Below are positions 25,973 to 35,367 of a DNA stretch of 64,000 bases, one piece after another; the first letter of the stretch is position 1; each line of letters opens with the position of its first letter. The stretch is from an uncultured Candidatus Saccharibacteria bacterium (GTDB taxonomy: Bacteria; Patescibacteriota; Saccharimonadia; Saccharimonadales; Saccharimonadaceae): contig CAYSAD010000001.1 of assembly GCA_964428955.1 (NCBI GenBank), positions 19,561 through 83,560 of the forward strand, written 5' to 3'. The notes below the pieces were generated by a model. The model did no database searches and had not been told where the DNA came from. It was given only the letters and a program-made list of their open reading frames with translations. The position numbers were made by a program, and so were the translations under genes.

Positions 25973-27004
25973 TTATAACAAGTTTGATTGGCTATTCCCG
26001 GGAGTCTGTTTGCCGAGATGCGTAAAAGCTTTGGCAGTTACCCGCCGACCACGCGGTGTTCGTTCGATAAAACCGAGCTGCAACAAATACGGCTCGTAGA
26101 AGTCTTCAATCGTTGTCATTTCATCGCCGGTAAGTGCAGCAATCGTATTCAAGCCGACAGTTCTATCGCCATAATTATCGATAATGCTAGTCAAGAGATT
26201 ACGATCGGCCGCATCAAGCCCAAGTTCATCGATTTCAAGCAACTCTAGAGCTTTTAACGCCGTCGGTCCGTCAATGATACCATCACCGTTAACATCGGCG
26301 TAATCACGAACTCGTTTCAACAGCCGATTCGCGATTCGAGGTGTCAAACGCGCACGGGTGGACAAGAGTGCGATCGCTTTGGCGTGAATATCGGAGTCCA
26401 GAATCTTCGCAGCACGCTGAATAATACTGCCGATTTCATCATGCGTATAAAATTCAAGTCGGTGGATGTGACCAAACCGATCCCGCAAAGGTGCCGCCAG
26501 ACTTCCCGTCCGGGTAGTGGCGCCAATCACCGTAAATTTTGGTAAATCAAGCCGTACACTACGCGCCGCTGGGCCTTTGCCGATCACGATATCGAGTTTG
26601 AAATCTTCCATAGCGCTATAGAGCACTTCTTCAACCGTCCGGCTCAAACGATGAATCTCATCGATGAACAAGATATCACCATCGACTAAGTTAGTCAGGA
26701 TACTCGCTAGATCACCGGCCCGTTCAATCGCCGGACCAGCCGTCACCCGAAGACCAACTCCCATTTCATTGGCAATCACCGTCGCCATCGTCGTTTTGCC
26801 AAGTCCTGGAGGTCCATATAACAATACGTGGTCAACCGGTTCGCCACGTTTCTTCGCGGCATCAATGGCAAGTTTCAAATTTCGTTTCAGTCGTTCTTGT
26901 CCGACATATTCCGAAAAGACCTGCGGTCGCAACGTTACTTCGATTTGCTGCTCATCACTATCATCAGCCGGCAGACTAGTATTGACGATTCGCTCAACAC
27001 TCAT
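25973..27004 (-). CDS. ruvB: Holliday junction helicase RuvB
   Basis: 343 aa. [17 protein letters not shown] and the RTPRGR C-terminal motif. Confidence 0.97.
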   Translation of the reverse strand: MSVERIVNTSLPADDSDEQQIEVTLRPQVFSEYVGQERLKRNLKLAIDAAKKRGEPVDHVLLYGPPGLGKTTMATVIANEMGVGLRVTAGPAIERAGDLASILTNLVDGDILFIDEIHRLSRTVEEVLYSAMEDFKLDIVIGKGPAARSVRLDLPKFTVIGATTRTGSLAAPLRDRFGHIHRLEFYTHDEIGSIIQRAAKILDSDIHAKAIALLSTRARLTPRIANRLLKRVRDYADVNGDGIIDGPTALKALELLEIDELGLDAADRNLLTSIIDNYGDRTVGLNTIAALTGDEMTTIEDFYEPYLLQLGFIERTPRGRRVTAKAFTHLGKQTPGNSQSNLL

Positions 27005-27576
27005 CGCTTCAACGCTTCGGTTACGCGCTCGGCGGTCGATAAGTCAGTCGAGACACCTTCGAGTGCTTTGGTTGCGTCATTCAAGCTATAGCCAAGGGCC
27101 ATCAACGCTTCGAGTGCTTCGTCATTACCAGGTAGCATCTGCGAATTGCCAATAATATCGTTGTTTGTCCGCAGCGCCAAGCCGACTTTATCAGAAAGAT
27201 CAATTGCGACACGCTCGGCAGTTTTCTTGCCAACACCGCTGGCCCGCGCAATAAAAGCCGTATCGCTACTGGCGATGGCATTTCGAACCGTCTCACTGAC
27301 GCCAAGACTCAAAATCGCCAGTGCTGCTTTTGGTCCGATGCCCTGTACGCCGATTAAAAGTTCGAATAGTTTCTTGGCCGCCAGATTTGAAAAGCCATAC
27401 AGCTCTTGTGACTGTTCGCGGATATGGTGATACGTATAAAATTTAACCTCATCGTGTAGCAATGCCCGCTCGAAATCCCCCGCTGGTACTTGTACTTCAT
27501 AGCCAACGCCACGAACGTCAACGATGACAGAACTTCCAAATTTTTCGGCGACCACGCCAGCAACATGCGCTATCAT
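27001..27576 (-). CDS. ruvA: Holliday junction DNA-binding protein RuvA
   Basis: 191 aa. MIAHVAGVV...GVGYEV OB-fold start and HhH motifs ([21 protein letters not shown]). ATGA overlap with ruvB. Confidence 0.93.
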   Translation of the reverse strand: MIAHVAGVVAEKFGSSVIVDVRGVGYEVQVPAGDFERALLHDEVKFYTYHHIREQSQELYGFSNLAAKKLFELLIGVQGIGPKAALAILSLGVSETVRNAIASSDTAFIARASGVGKKTAERVAIDLSDKVGLALRTNNDIIGNSQMLPGNDEALEALMALGYSLNDATKALEGVSTDLSTAERVTEALKR

Positions 27577-27585
27577 TATAGCCCT

Positions 27586-27594
27586 AGTATACCA
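27586..27594 (-). promoter_or_regulatory. Extended -10 (TGgTATACT) 9 nt upstream of the ruvA ATG
   Basis: Plus-strand AGTATACCA at 27586-27594. Confidence 0.4.
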
Positions 27595-27604
27595 TTCATT
27601 GAGA

Positions 27605-29869
27605 TCACGGTGTTGTCGTCGGAGGTATAGGCGGCGTTACCGTACCACCACTACCCGTACCCGAACCACCGGTTCCACCGCTACCAGTTCCCGTGCCATC
27701 GCCATCAGTCGGTGGTGTTGTGTCAGTCGGTGGTGTGGTAGTATCGCCACTGCCATCGCCGTTACCACTGTCAGACTTGTCATCTTTCTGCTTCGGTGTT
27801 TTGTCTTTATCACTATTCTCGTTCTGTTTCGTATCGTTGGTTTGTGGCGGTGTTGTTGAACAGGTACTTGGCGGTATGTTCGATGACAAGAAGACATCCG
27901 TTCTAATGCCCACAACCGTACAGATTGTTTTCTCGACGATGCCAGGTGGCCGCACGAACTGCGGATTGGCCGTGCCAATGGCAGCCTGCATGAACTGACG
28001 CCAGATTGGACCAGCCATATCCGAACCACCACTAATCATCGGTGCATTGTCGTTATTCCCCACCCAAACGCCAGCGACGATACCCGGCGTGTAGCCAATC
28101 GTCCAGGCGTCGCGGTTGTCATCGGTCGTACCAGTTTTGACTGCCACATTCTTGACTTGATAATCCGTACCATAAACCGTCAAAGAATTGCCGAAAACCG
28201 CACTCCGCGTTGTATTATCGGCTAGAATATCAGAAATGAGGTATGCGCCATCGGCACTAATCGCGCGATGTGGTACTCCTTTAGACGTGAAAATCTTTTT
28301 GCCATATTTGTCTTTGATTGTTTCAACCAGTCGGGTTGGATATTGTTCGCCAGAATTGGCAAATGCAGCATATGCATTTGTCATCTCGGTCAATGGTATT
28401 TCTTGAACACCAAGCGCTAACGACAAACCGTAATCTTTCGGCTCCTTCATCGTCGTAATACCTAGGTCTTTGGCCGACTCGACAGCATTACTGATACCAA
28501 CGCGCTGCATGACTTTGACGGCCGGAATGTTCAACGACCAATCAAGTGCTTTGCGAACCGTGACGTTACCGAAGAATGTACGTTCAGCGTTTTGCGGTTT
28601 ATAACCGTTAAAATCGGTCGCTTCGTCTTTTATGACCGTCTCGGTCGTAATCGTTCCTTCGGCCAGTCCGCGGCTATAATAAATCGGCTTGAAGCTCGAT
28701 CCCGGCTGCCGCGCCGTCGTGGCCATATTTACCTTACCGAACTTTTTATTCTCATAACTCTCACTACCTACAAGCGCGCGAATCGAACCTGATTTCGGAT
28801 CGATTGCCACCAAACTGGCGTTACTACCACCATTCAAATGAATATGTGCCATGCCGTCAGCCACGCTTTGATTTGCCTGATGTTGCAACGATAAATCAAG
28901 CGACGTTTGCACTTGGTAGCCGGAACGTTTGACCTTTTCCTCACCGTACTTGTCGTACAGTTGATTCAGAACCATTTGTGTATAGTGCGGCGCTTCATTG
29001 TCGATGTCGGATTTCTGCGGCACATAGTGTAACTTCTCTTTCAGAGCAGCGGTTTTTTGCGCTTCGGTAATATACCCGTTCGTTACCATGCGTGTCAGTA
29101 CTGTCGTTTGTCGTTCTTTGGCGTATTTCGGATTACCGAGCGTCGGCGAGTAGGCGTTCGGTGCTGGCAGTAGCCCGATCAACATGGCACTCTGGGCTAA
29201 ATCGAGTTTCTGAGCCGATTCGCCGAAATAATAATGAGCAGCTTCGTCGATGCCAAAAACGTTGCCACCAAAAAAGGCTGAGTTTAGATACATATCGAGG
29301 ATCTCATCTTTCGAATAGCGTTGCTCAATGGCGGTAGCAACCGTCAATTCCTGATACTTCCTGAAAAACGTCTTATTGGAACTGAGCAGTGTGATCTTGG
29401 CGAGCTGCTGCGTTAGTGTCGACCCACCGTAAGACGTGGCACTGCCGGCTAAAACATTACTGTAAATCGAACGGGCGATCGAAAAAACCGAGAAGCCGGC
29501 GTGTTCATAAAAATCCTTATCTTCCGAAGCAACTAATGCATGCTCGGTCGTATCGGAAATCTTACTAAGCGGTACTAGGTCGCGGTGTTCGGCCTTGCCG
29601 ACACTATAAAAGGCTTTGCCGTGCGTATCGGTCAACACAATACCGGTATTGTTCCGATTCATCAGTCGGTCTTGGTTTGCGATGTCGTTGTAGTAGTAAA
29701 GATAGGTAAAAATCGGCGTCACGATTAGAAATGTTAGTATAGGAGTGGCGATGACCAGTGCTTTTTTAGGCCTAGAAAGGCCTTTAAACCAGCGCCAACG
29801 ACGCTTCAAAAACCACGTCGACTGTTTTGCCCGCGTTTGAGGCTTGGTGTATTTTCCAACTCGCGCCAT
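27605..29869 (-). CDS. Class A penicillin-binding protein (PBP1A-type glycosyltransferase/transpeptidase) with a low-complexity C-terminal tail
   Basis: 754 aa. GT51 motifs (EDKDFYEHAGF, GGSTLTQQLAK, RKYQE), transpeptidase SSFK, SLN and KTGTT. The last ~85 aa are rich in T, P, G, D and K. Confidence 0.92.
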   Translation of the reverse strand: MARVGKYTKPQTRAKQSTWFLKRRWRWFKGLSRPKKALVIATPILTFLIVTPIFTYLYYYNDIANQDRLMNRNNTGIVLTDTHGKAFYSVGKAEHRDLVPLSKISDTTEHALVASEDKDFYEHAGFSVFSIARSIYSNVLAGSATSYGGSTLTQQLAKITLLSSNKTFFRKYQELTVATAIEQRYSKDEILDMYLNSAFFGGNVFGIDEAAHYYFGESAQKLDLAQSAMLIGLLPAPNAYSPTLGNPKYAKERQTTVLTRMVTNGYITEAQKTAALKEKLHYVPQKSDIDNEAPHYTQMVLNQLYDKYGEEKVKRSGYQVQTSLDLSLQHQANQSVADGMAHIHLNGGSNASLVAIDPKSGSIRALVGSESYENKKFGKVNMATTARQPGSSFKPIYYSRGLAEGTITTETVIKDEATDFNGYKPQNAERTFFGNVTVRKALDWSLNIPAVKVMQRVGISNAVESAKDLGITTMKEPKDYGLSLALGVQEIPLTEMTNAYAAFANSGEQYPTRLVETIKDKYGKKIFTSKGVPHRAISADGAYLISDILADNTTRSAVFGNSLTVYGTDYQVKNVAVKTGTTDDNRDAWTIGYTPGIVAGVWVGNNDNAPMISGGSDMAGPIWRQFMQAAIGTANPQFVRPPGIVEKTICTVVGIRTDVFLSSNIPPSTCSTTPPQTNDTKQNENSDKDKTPKQKDDKSDSGNGDGSGDTTTPPTDTTPPTDGDGTGTGSGGTGGSGTGSGGTVTPPIPPTTTP
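27705..27740 (-). repeat. Tandem 18-nt coding repeat (2 copies) in the PBP1A tail
   Basis: TCAGTCGGTGGTGTTGTG followed by TCAGTCGGTGGTGTGGTA. Encodes TTPPTD-TTPPTD. Confidence 0.8.
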
Positions 29870-29878
29870 ATCGGTCTT

Positions 29879-29884
29879 ATTATA
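29879..29884 (-). promoter_or_regulatory. -10 TATAAT 9 nt upstream of the PBP1A ATG
   Basis: Plus-strand ATTATA at 29879-29884. Confidence 0.4.
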
Positions 29885-29889
29885 GCATT

Positions 29890-30360
29890 CTAACGACTCA
29901 TCAGGGCGTGTGTAATCGCCGCGGCCAAGGCGTCGGCGCAGTCATCCGGTTTTGGCACTTCAGTGAGGTTCAGCTGCAATTTCACCATTTCTTGAACCTG
30001 CTTCTTGTCGGCCTTGCCGTAGCCGGTCAGCGTCTGTTTTATCTGAAGCGGCGTATACTCCGCAATCGGTAATTTGGCCTTCCGGCCGGTCAGCATGGCG
30101 ACCCCACGAGCGTGCGATACGCTCATGGCAGTCGTCACATTGCGAGCAAAGAATAACCGCTCGATCGACATGACGTCCGGTTTCGTCTCGGCGATAATAT
30201 CAGTCAAGCCATCGAAAATCTCTTCCAACCGTTCGTCGAGCGGCGTGTGGGCCGGCGTCCGGATGACACCAGCCGTGACCATAGTGGTCTTAGGACCGTT
30301 GGCGTCGATAACGCCGAAACCGAGGATTCCCGTACCAGGATCGATACCGATGATTCTCAT
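29890..30360 (-). CDS. ruvC: Holliday junction resolvase RuvC
   Basis: Starts MRIIGIDPGT at ATG 30360. The catalytic Asp context and C-terminal DALAAAITH are present. The ORF-track N-terminal extension was rejected. Confidence 0.93.
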   Translation of the reverse strand: MRIIGIDPGTGILGFGVIDANGPKTTMVTAGVIRTPAHTPLDERLEEIFDGLTDIIAETKPDVMSIERLFFARNVTTAMSVSHARGVAMLTGRKAKLPIAEYTPLQIKQTLTGYGKADKKQVQEMVKLQLNLTEVPKPDDCADALAAAITHALMSR

Positions 30361-30369
30361 AATCCTTAT

Positions 30370-30375
30370 AGTATA
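30370..30375 (-). promoter_or_regulatory. -10 TATACT 9 nt upstream of the ruvC ATG
   Basis: Plus-strand AGTATA at 30370-30375. Confidence 0.4.
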
Positions 30376-30377
30376 AC

Positions 30378-31829
30378 TTAGTGGCCTGAGGAAAAGAATC
30401 CGACAGTCTTTTGTAGCAATCCACGTAGCTCCTGTCGCCACTCCCACACTCCGTAGCCAGCCGCTAACAAACCGACCCCACCAAGTGCCCACCAACCGAT
30501 AAAGGCTTTGGCGGAATCTTTAACTGGTTCGATCGCAAAAGCGGCATCCGGCACGCTACTAACCGTCTTGCGGCATCGGTTTGTTTCTAGGTTGCGTGTC
30601 TGATTGACGGCGCACGGTTTAAGTGTGGTAGTGGCGCCGAGTACGGCTGACTTGCAGCGGTTCGTAGTCGGATTACGATACTGCCCCGCAGCACACGGTG
30701 TCAACGACGAAGACGAACTAGTGGTGGCAATCAATTTGCAGCGATTAGTTAATGGGTTACGATACTGATTAGTTTGGCACGGCGTAAGATTTGTAGTCGC
30801 CCGACTCCTTTTAGGTGGGTCAACTGGTAACGCTTTATTTTGAGCAGCCGGCGTAGCTAAAGACCACTGCCAGTTTCCATTCACTAGTGACCATGACTGA
30901 CCCTTATGGCTGGCCGTTACGTTCGCATAACTGACAACCGTATTGTCGTACATTCTCACGCCATAGGTATCTTCCAGCCAGATGAATCCGCCGCTATTGC
31001 TGATCGTCAGTGGCTTACCGGCCGCATCCATATCAAACACACTATACTCACCTGGCATCATCGTCCCGCTCAATACGATCGAGTCGGCACTGGTCGAATC
31101 GCCAATCCTAAGACTCGTACCGTCAAATGATATCGGACTTCGTGTATCATTATAAAATTCAACGTATTCCTTGCAATCCTCGCTCGCTTCGAGCGGCGAA
31201 CATCGCCTGGGATTAGCCAGAATTTCATACGGCGCAAGTGGAAAGCTATCGCGTGGCTGATAGAAACCATTATCGTAAAGTGCGTTGCGATCATCGACAG
31301 AATAACTACCGGTTGACGTGTAGCCAGTCGTAGTTTGATTGAGTCGCATGCGTTGGGTTTGCGGCGACGAAAATAATTTTACATATGGTTTGTAATCGGA
31401 GTTATCCAAACTAAGATTACTAATAAAATTGCCCGTCTCACCCGTAAGTGGATCAATCGTGACTGCCGCCCCAGTAACACTTGTGCCAAAACTGAGCACG
31501 ATATACTGCTTTGGTAGCATATAGAGCGTATCATTAGTAGAAATCGGTAACGACAATGGTGGCGTCAATGGACTTCCGACTGGCGCATTTGCGTCAAGCG
31601 CCCACGTAATAACCAGTGACCAGTCGCTGGCACGAATCATCGTGTCACTGTCGTTATAGAGTTCAATATAGTTTGGTGTGGCAGTATCCACCGAATAAGC
31701 AGTGATAAGAAGTGGTGGATTCGGTAATAGCGCAGGTGGCGGCACGACAGTAATGGCATCCTCAGAAGCGGCTATACCCGAAACCGCTGCGAAGGCCGTT
31801 AGTAGTACACTACCTGCAATTCGCCACAT
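30378..31829 (-). CDS. Secreted, C-terminally membrane-anchored protein with two lamin-tail-domain-like modules and three Cys-loop repeats
   Basis: 483 aa. Signal peptide MWRIAGSVLLTAFAAVSGIAA. LTD-like NYIELYNDSD...SDWSL and EYVEFYNDTR...FDGTSL. Three copies of PC-x4-Q-x-RN-x2-TNRC. C-terminal TM helix FIGWWALGGVGLLAAGYGVW. Confidence 0.8.
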   Translation of the reverse strand: MWRIAGSVLLTAFAAVSGIAASEDAITVVPPPALLPNPPLLITAYSVDTATPNYIELYNDSDTMIRASDWSLVITWALDANAPVGSPLTPPLSLPISTNDTLYMLPKQYIVLSFGTSVTGAAVTIDPLTGETGNFISNLSLDNSDYKPYVKLFSSPQTQRMRLNQTTTGYTSTGSYSVDDRNALYDNGFYQPRDSFPLAPYEILANPRRCSPLEASEDCKEYVEFYNDTRSPISFDGTSLRIGDSTSADSIVLSGTMMPGEYSVFDMDAAGKPLTISNSGGFIWLEDTYGVRMYDNTVVSYANVTASHKGQSWSLVNGNWQWSLATPAAQNKALPVDPPKRSRATTNLTPCQTNQYRNPLTNRCKLIATTSSSSSLTPCAAGQYRNPTTNRCKSAVLGATTTLKPCAVNQTRNLETNRCRKTVSSVPDAAFAIEPVKDSAKAFIGWWALGGVGLLAAGYGVWEWRQELRGLLQKTVGFFSSGH

Positions 31830-31838
31830 TACCTCTAT

Positions 31839-31844
31839 AGTATA
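31839..31844 (-). promoter_or_regulatory. -10 TATACT 9 nt upstream of ATG 31829
   Basis: Plus-strand AGTATA at 31839-31844. Confidence 0.4.
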
Positions 31845-31872
31845 GCTCGTTTGGCGAAAAATTACGACAAAA

Positions 31873-32595
31873 CTACAGCAAATTCTCAGCGATATCGGCG
31901 TTTGTGTGGACGTTCGCTACGTCATCCAGGTCATCGAGGGCATCAAGTAGTTTCATAATTTTTGCGGCAATTTCGGCGTCAATAATCTCAATTTGGCTGT
32001 TGGGCACGTGCTGCAATTCAGCATCTTTGACAGCAAGGCCAGACTCGATGATGGCCGTGCGGACTTTGGCAAGATCTTTCTGATCGGTATAGACTATAAG
32101 TTCACCGTCCTCTTCGACTGCATCCTCGGCGCCAGCGTCCAGAACAGTAAGTAACGCGTCTTCACCACTAGCATCAACTACGATCACGCCTTTGCGAGTA
32201 AACTGAAATGCCACGCTGCCGGAATCGGCAATACGACCGCCGTTTTTGGCCAGCGCGTTACGAACTTCCGGAAAAGTACGGTTTTTATTGTCGGTTGCGA
32301 CTTCGATCATTAACCCCACACCGCCTGGCCCCATGCCTTCATAAGTAATCTCTTCAAGCACGGCAGCGTTTTTATCATTGACGCGGTCAATTGCCCGCTG
32401 GATATTGACGTTTGGCATGTTGGCCTGTTTGGCCTTTTCGATCGCCATCGCAAGAGCCGAATTCATCGCCGGGTCGGTACCACCGCGCGCCGCGATAGCA
32501 ATCTGATTACCGATCTTCGTAAAGACCGCGCCGCGTTTGGCGTCTTTGGCGCCTTTTTCGCGCTTGATAGTTGACCATTTACTGTGTCCAGACAT
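31873..32595 (-). CDS. yebC: YebC/PmpR family DNA-binding regulator
   Basis: 240 aa. MSGHSKWSTIKREKGAKDAKRG is the hallmark N-terminus. Confidence 0.95.
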   Translation of the reverse strand: MSGHSKWSTIKREKGAKDAKRGAVFTKIGNQIAIAARGGTDPAMNSALAMAIEKAKQANMPNVNIQRAIDRVNDKNAAVLEEITYEGMGPGGVGLMIEVATDNKNRTFPEVRNALAKNGGRIADSGSVAFQFTRKGVIVVDASGEDALLTVLDAGAEDAVEEDGELIVYTDQKDLAKVRTAIIESGLAVKDAELQHVPNSQIEIIDAEIAAKIMKLLDALDDLDDVANVHTNADIAENLL

Positions 32596-32656
32596 AAAAA
32601 TCTCCGCTAAAACTTGCTGGTTATTACTTCTAGTATAACAGATGAGGGTACGCTAC

Positions 32657-34114
32657 TTATTCCACGATGTTGCTATCACGTAAACTGAAATCAGTTGAAC
32701 GCTTCATTGCAACCATCGCCACAACGAGCATGAGATAGAACAAACCAATGAACCAGCCACCAACTTCTAGGTTAGTCGTAGCCCACGGCTGCGATGACAA
32801 AAACTTCGCTACCGCTACCATATATTCCAATAGCCAACTGGCTGGCAATGCAATCACATGCGCCGCGAACGGCAACAATAAAGCACCGAGGCCACTGATG
32901 AATGTTAACAACATCGCCAGTGGCACCAGTGGTAATACCAGTAAATTCGCAGCCACTGCAACATTGCTAACATAACCGAACGTCACTATGAGAAGTGGCA
33001 ACGTGGCGACTTGCGCCGTGACCGTCTCACCTAGAATCTGACGAATCGTGCCTGGCTTCTTGTCCCCAAAAAAGTAGCGCTGCGCGATTGGCGCTAAAAT
33101 CATCACCCCGGCAAACGCCGCGAAACTAAGTTCCCAGCCAAGATCATTCCACGCATAACTCGGATTAATCAGTACTGTCACACTCGCCGCCAGCGGTAAC
33201 AAAACCAGGGGGTGAAACTTACGGCCGTAATACCAGGCCGCAAGCGAGAGTCCAGCCACTAGCCCAGCTCGGCTCATACTTGGGCTGGCGCCGGTAATCG
33301 CCACGAACGCCATGATCATCATCGCAGCTGACAGTGTTGCCAAATACTTTGAAAATTTTTCGAACAGTCGCCGAGCCAGTCGTACCAAGATCGTCAGATT
33401 ATAGCCGCTGGCCACAATAACATGTGTTAAACCGGTGATTTTCAGTGCATTTTCCAAGTCACTCGGTAAGCTGCGACGCTGTCCGACCAAATAGCCGATA
33501 CCGAGACTTGCCTCAGGTTCAGAAATTACCTGACGTACTAACCCGGCGAACCAATCGCGCACATGAAGCGCCACGTCGCCCGGTGTCGGCCGCTCGATTC
33601 TTACAATTTCCGGTTCATACATGGTGGCCGGAAACGAACCAAAGCCCTCGCTGATCACACCTTTCACTGTCACACGATCGCTACGTTCAGGGGTAGATTT
33701 GGCTGGTGTGGCGACCCACAATTTTCCAGCCACACGATGATCATTGATCGTCAAATCCTTTAAACGCAGCAATAAATTACCACGGGCATCAAGATCTGGA
33801 TCTTCACTTATCGTCCCACTTGCTACTACATTGATACCCACGAGTTTATGGTAAATGGCTAGTTGATGTAATTCGATTGAGCCACGCCATAAGCCACAGC
33901 TCAAACCCCCAAGAAGAGCGAATGTAACCGTGCCAGATATCGGCTTTGCGCCCGCGATCGCGAATAAAATAAGTGCAGTGATTAACCAGGCAATCGACGC
34001 AAATATTGCCGGTTCAAAGAGCGGCGCCAGCGACACGCCTACTACCAACATCAACCCAAACCCAGCGATCAGCCACGATATGTGGACTGGTCGCGCCAAG
34101 TAATATCTCAGCAT
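32657..34114 (-). CDS. comEC: ComEC/Rec2 DNA internalisation channel (no C-terminal metallo-beta-lactamase domain)
   Basis: 485 aa. N-terminal TM helices, an OB-like DUF4131 segment, then the polytopic competence domain. The protein ends directly after the membrane domain. Confidence 0.82.
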   Translation of the reverse strand: MLRYYLARPVHISWLIAGFGLMLVVGVSLAPLFEPAIFASIAWLITALILFAIAGAKPISGTVTFALLGGLSCGLWRGSIELHQLAIYHKLVGINVVASGTISEDPDLDARGNLLLRLKDLTINDHRVAGKLWVATPAKSTPERSDRVTVKGVISEGFGSFPATMYEPEIVRIERPTPGDVALHVRDWFAGLVRQVISEPEASLGIGYLVGQRRSLPSDLENALKITGLTHVIVASGYNLTILVRLARRLFEKFSKYLATLSAAMMIMAFVAITGASPSMSRAGLVAGLSLAAWYYGRKFHPLVLLPLAASVTVLINPSYAWNDLGWELSFAAFAGVMILAPIAQRYFFGDKKPGTIRQILGETVTAQVATLPLLIVTFGYVSNVAVAANLLVLPLVPLAMLLTFISGLGALLLPFAAHVIALPASWLLEYMVAVAKFLSSQPWATTNLEVGGWFIGLFYLMLVVAMVAMKRSTDFSLRDSNIVE

Positions 34115-34120
34115 GGCTAC

Positions 34121-34126
34121 AGTATA
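34121..34126 (-). promoter_or_regulatory. -10 TATACT 6 nt upstream of the comEC ATG (leaderless-type)
   Basis: Plus-strand AGTATA at 34121-34126. Confidence 0.4.
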
Positions 34127-34154
34127 ACACTACCTATTTCTCAGATACCTGATT

Positions 34155-34712
34155 TTACTCAGCGTGATCGCTGGCTATAGAATCTCGGATCCTCCAGCGC
34201 GTTTCAATAATCCGTTTGACGCCGTAAGTCACTGCGCCGCCAACCAGTCCGGTCGCCAGACCGCCAATGATATCGAGCGGATAATGAACCCCGACGAAGA
34301 TGCGCGCGAAACCGATTACGCAAGCAGCTAATAAAATCACGATTCCCAACTTTTTGAACTGCGTCACGAACAATAATCCAAAGCCAATCCCGGCTGTTAC
34401 GGTCGTATGGTCGCTTGGAAATGATTTGCCCGGAGCGTGTGACACGAGTTGCGTCAAATGATGATCCATAAATGGGCGATGATCAAAATTCAGTAGAGTG
34501 GCGATACGTAATAATACGTAGGTAGCGACTAGCGTCATAAAGAAATAAATGAGCGATTTCCAGTCTCGTTTCAGTACCCAATAAATCACACAGACCGCGA
34601 CGGACGCAAACACAAGGTAGATGAGATACTTGGCGCAAAAAATCATCAAACCATCAAGAACAGAATCCTTGCCAGCCCAGCCGTTAACTAAAAGTAATAC
34701 TTGATTATTCAT
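34155..34712 (-). CDS. PAP2-family phosphatase (undecaprenyl-diphosphatase-like)
   Basis: 185 aa. PAP2 motifs SFPSDHT and GVHYPLDIIGG. Confidence 0.85.
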   Translation of the reverse strand: MNNQVLLLVNGWAGKDSVLDGLMIFCAKYLIYLVFASVAVCVIYWVLKRDWKSLIYFFMTLVATYVLLRIATLLNFDHRPFMDHHLTQLVSHAPGKSFPSDHTTVTAGIGFGLLFVTQFKKLGIVILLAACVIGFARIFVGVHYPLDIIGGLATGLVGGAVTYGVKRIIETRWRIRDSIASDHAE

Positions 34713-34720
34713 GCCTGCTC

Positions 34721-34726
34721 ATTATA
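34721..34726 (-). promoter_or_regulatory. -10 TATAAT 8 nt upstream of ATG 34712 (leaderless-type)
   Basis: Plus-strand ATTATA at 34721-34726. Confidence 0.4.
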
Positions 34727-34768
34727 GCAAAAAAGACACCGCTCGATGTCTTTCGTCTTGTTCGTATA

Positions 34769-34845
34769 TGGAGGGCCCAGTGAGACTTGAACTCACGACA
34801 CCCTGCTTAAAAGGCAGGTGCTCTAACCAGCTGAGCTATGGGCCC
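34769..34845 (-). tRNA. tRNA-Lys (TTT)
   Basis: The reverse complement folds as GGGCCCA acceptor, anticodon stem CCTGC/GCAGG, loop CTTTTAA and T-loop TTCAAGT. Encoded CCA. Confidence 0.95.
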
Positions 34846-34881
34846 GAACTTATTTAAAGTATCATTTTACAGAGGTATTTG

Positions 34882-35361
34882 TCAATGTTTTGCGCGGTGA
34901 TGTTTTGGTGTCTTAGCAAACAACAAATCGACAACGGCAACTGCTAGGCCAATAGTCACAATCCAGACACGATATTCAATGAATACATTGTATACCCGCA
35001 GACTATCACCCTGAAGTACCAACGCCGAACCAAGCGGTTCGATCAATAGTGCCACAGCAAGCAGCGCAAAGAGTAATGCACCGATAATCCGCTCGATTTT
35101 CTGATGGTAGGTCGGTCCGCTAGTCAGCAGCAATACCGCCGGCAACAAGACCAGACCAACCGCGACGATTGTCGTGAGTGGCGGCACATCGGTAGTAAAA
35201 CCAGTTCGCGCAATAATCGGCGTCAGTTGTAACGTCCATAAATTACTCAACATCGCACCAGCCGCGAGCGCCAAGCCCAGCACGCCGAAACGGCGTCTGG
35301 TTATATAAGCCAAACCAAATAAAACGACTAGGGTGATGAGATATAACATGGCAACACTCAT
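34882..35361 (-). CDS. Polytopic membrane protein, hypothetical
   Basis: 159 aa, 4-5 hydrophobic helices. Confidence 0.55.
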   Translation of the reverse strand: MSVAMLYLITLVVLFGLAYITRRRFGVLGLALAAGAMLSNLWTLQLTPIIARTGFTTDVPPLTTIVAVGLVLLPAVLLLTSGPTYHQKIERIIGALLFALLAVALLIEPLGSALVLQGDSLRVYNVFIEYRVWIVTIGLAVAVVDLLFAKTPKHHRAKH

Positions 35362-35367
35362 GCTGCT

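Noticed and set aside
26664-27155. 163-aa plus-strand ORF
   Set aside because: It is entirely antisense to the unambiguous ruvB/ruvA genes. Its Ser/Arg/Pro-rich composition is typical of antisense frames.
27605-27860. Repetitive DNA that might suggest a CRISPR or VNTR locus
   Set aside because: It is in-frame coding low-complexity sequence of the PBP1A tail. There are only two tandem 18-nt units and no spacer-repeat periodicity.
30361-30495. 45-aa N-terminal extension of RuvC in the ORF track
   Set aside because: RuvC homology begins at MRIIGIDPG (ATG 30360). The extension overlaps the 3' end of the upstream gene, and a -10 hexamer sits 9 nt before ATG 30360.
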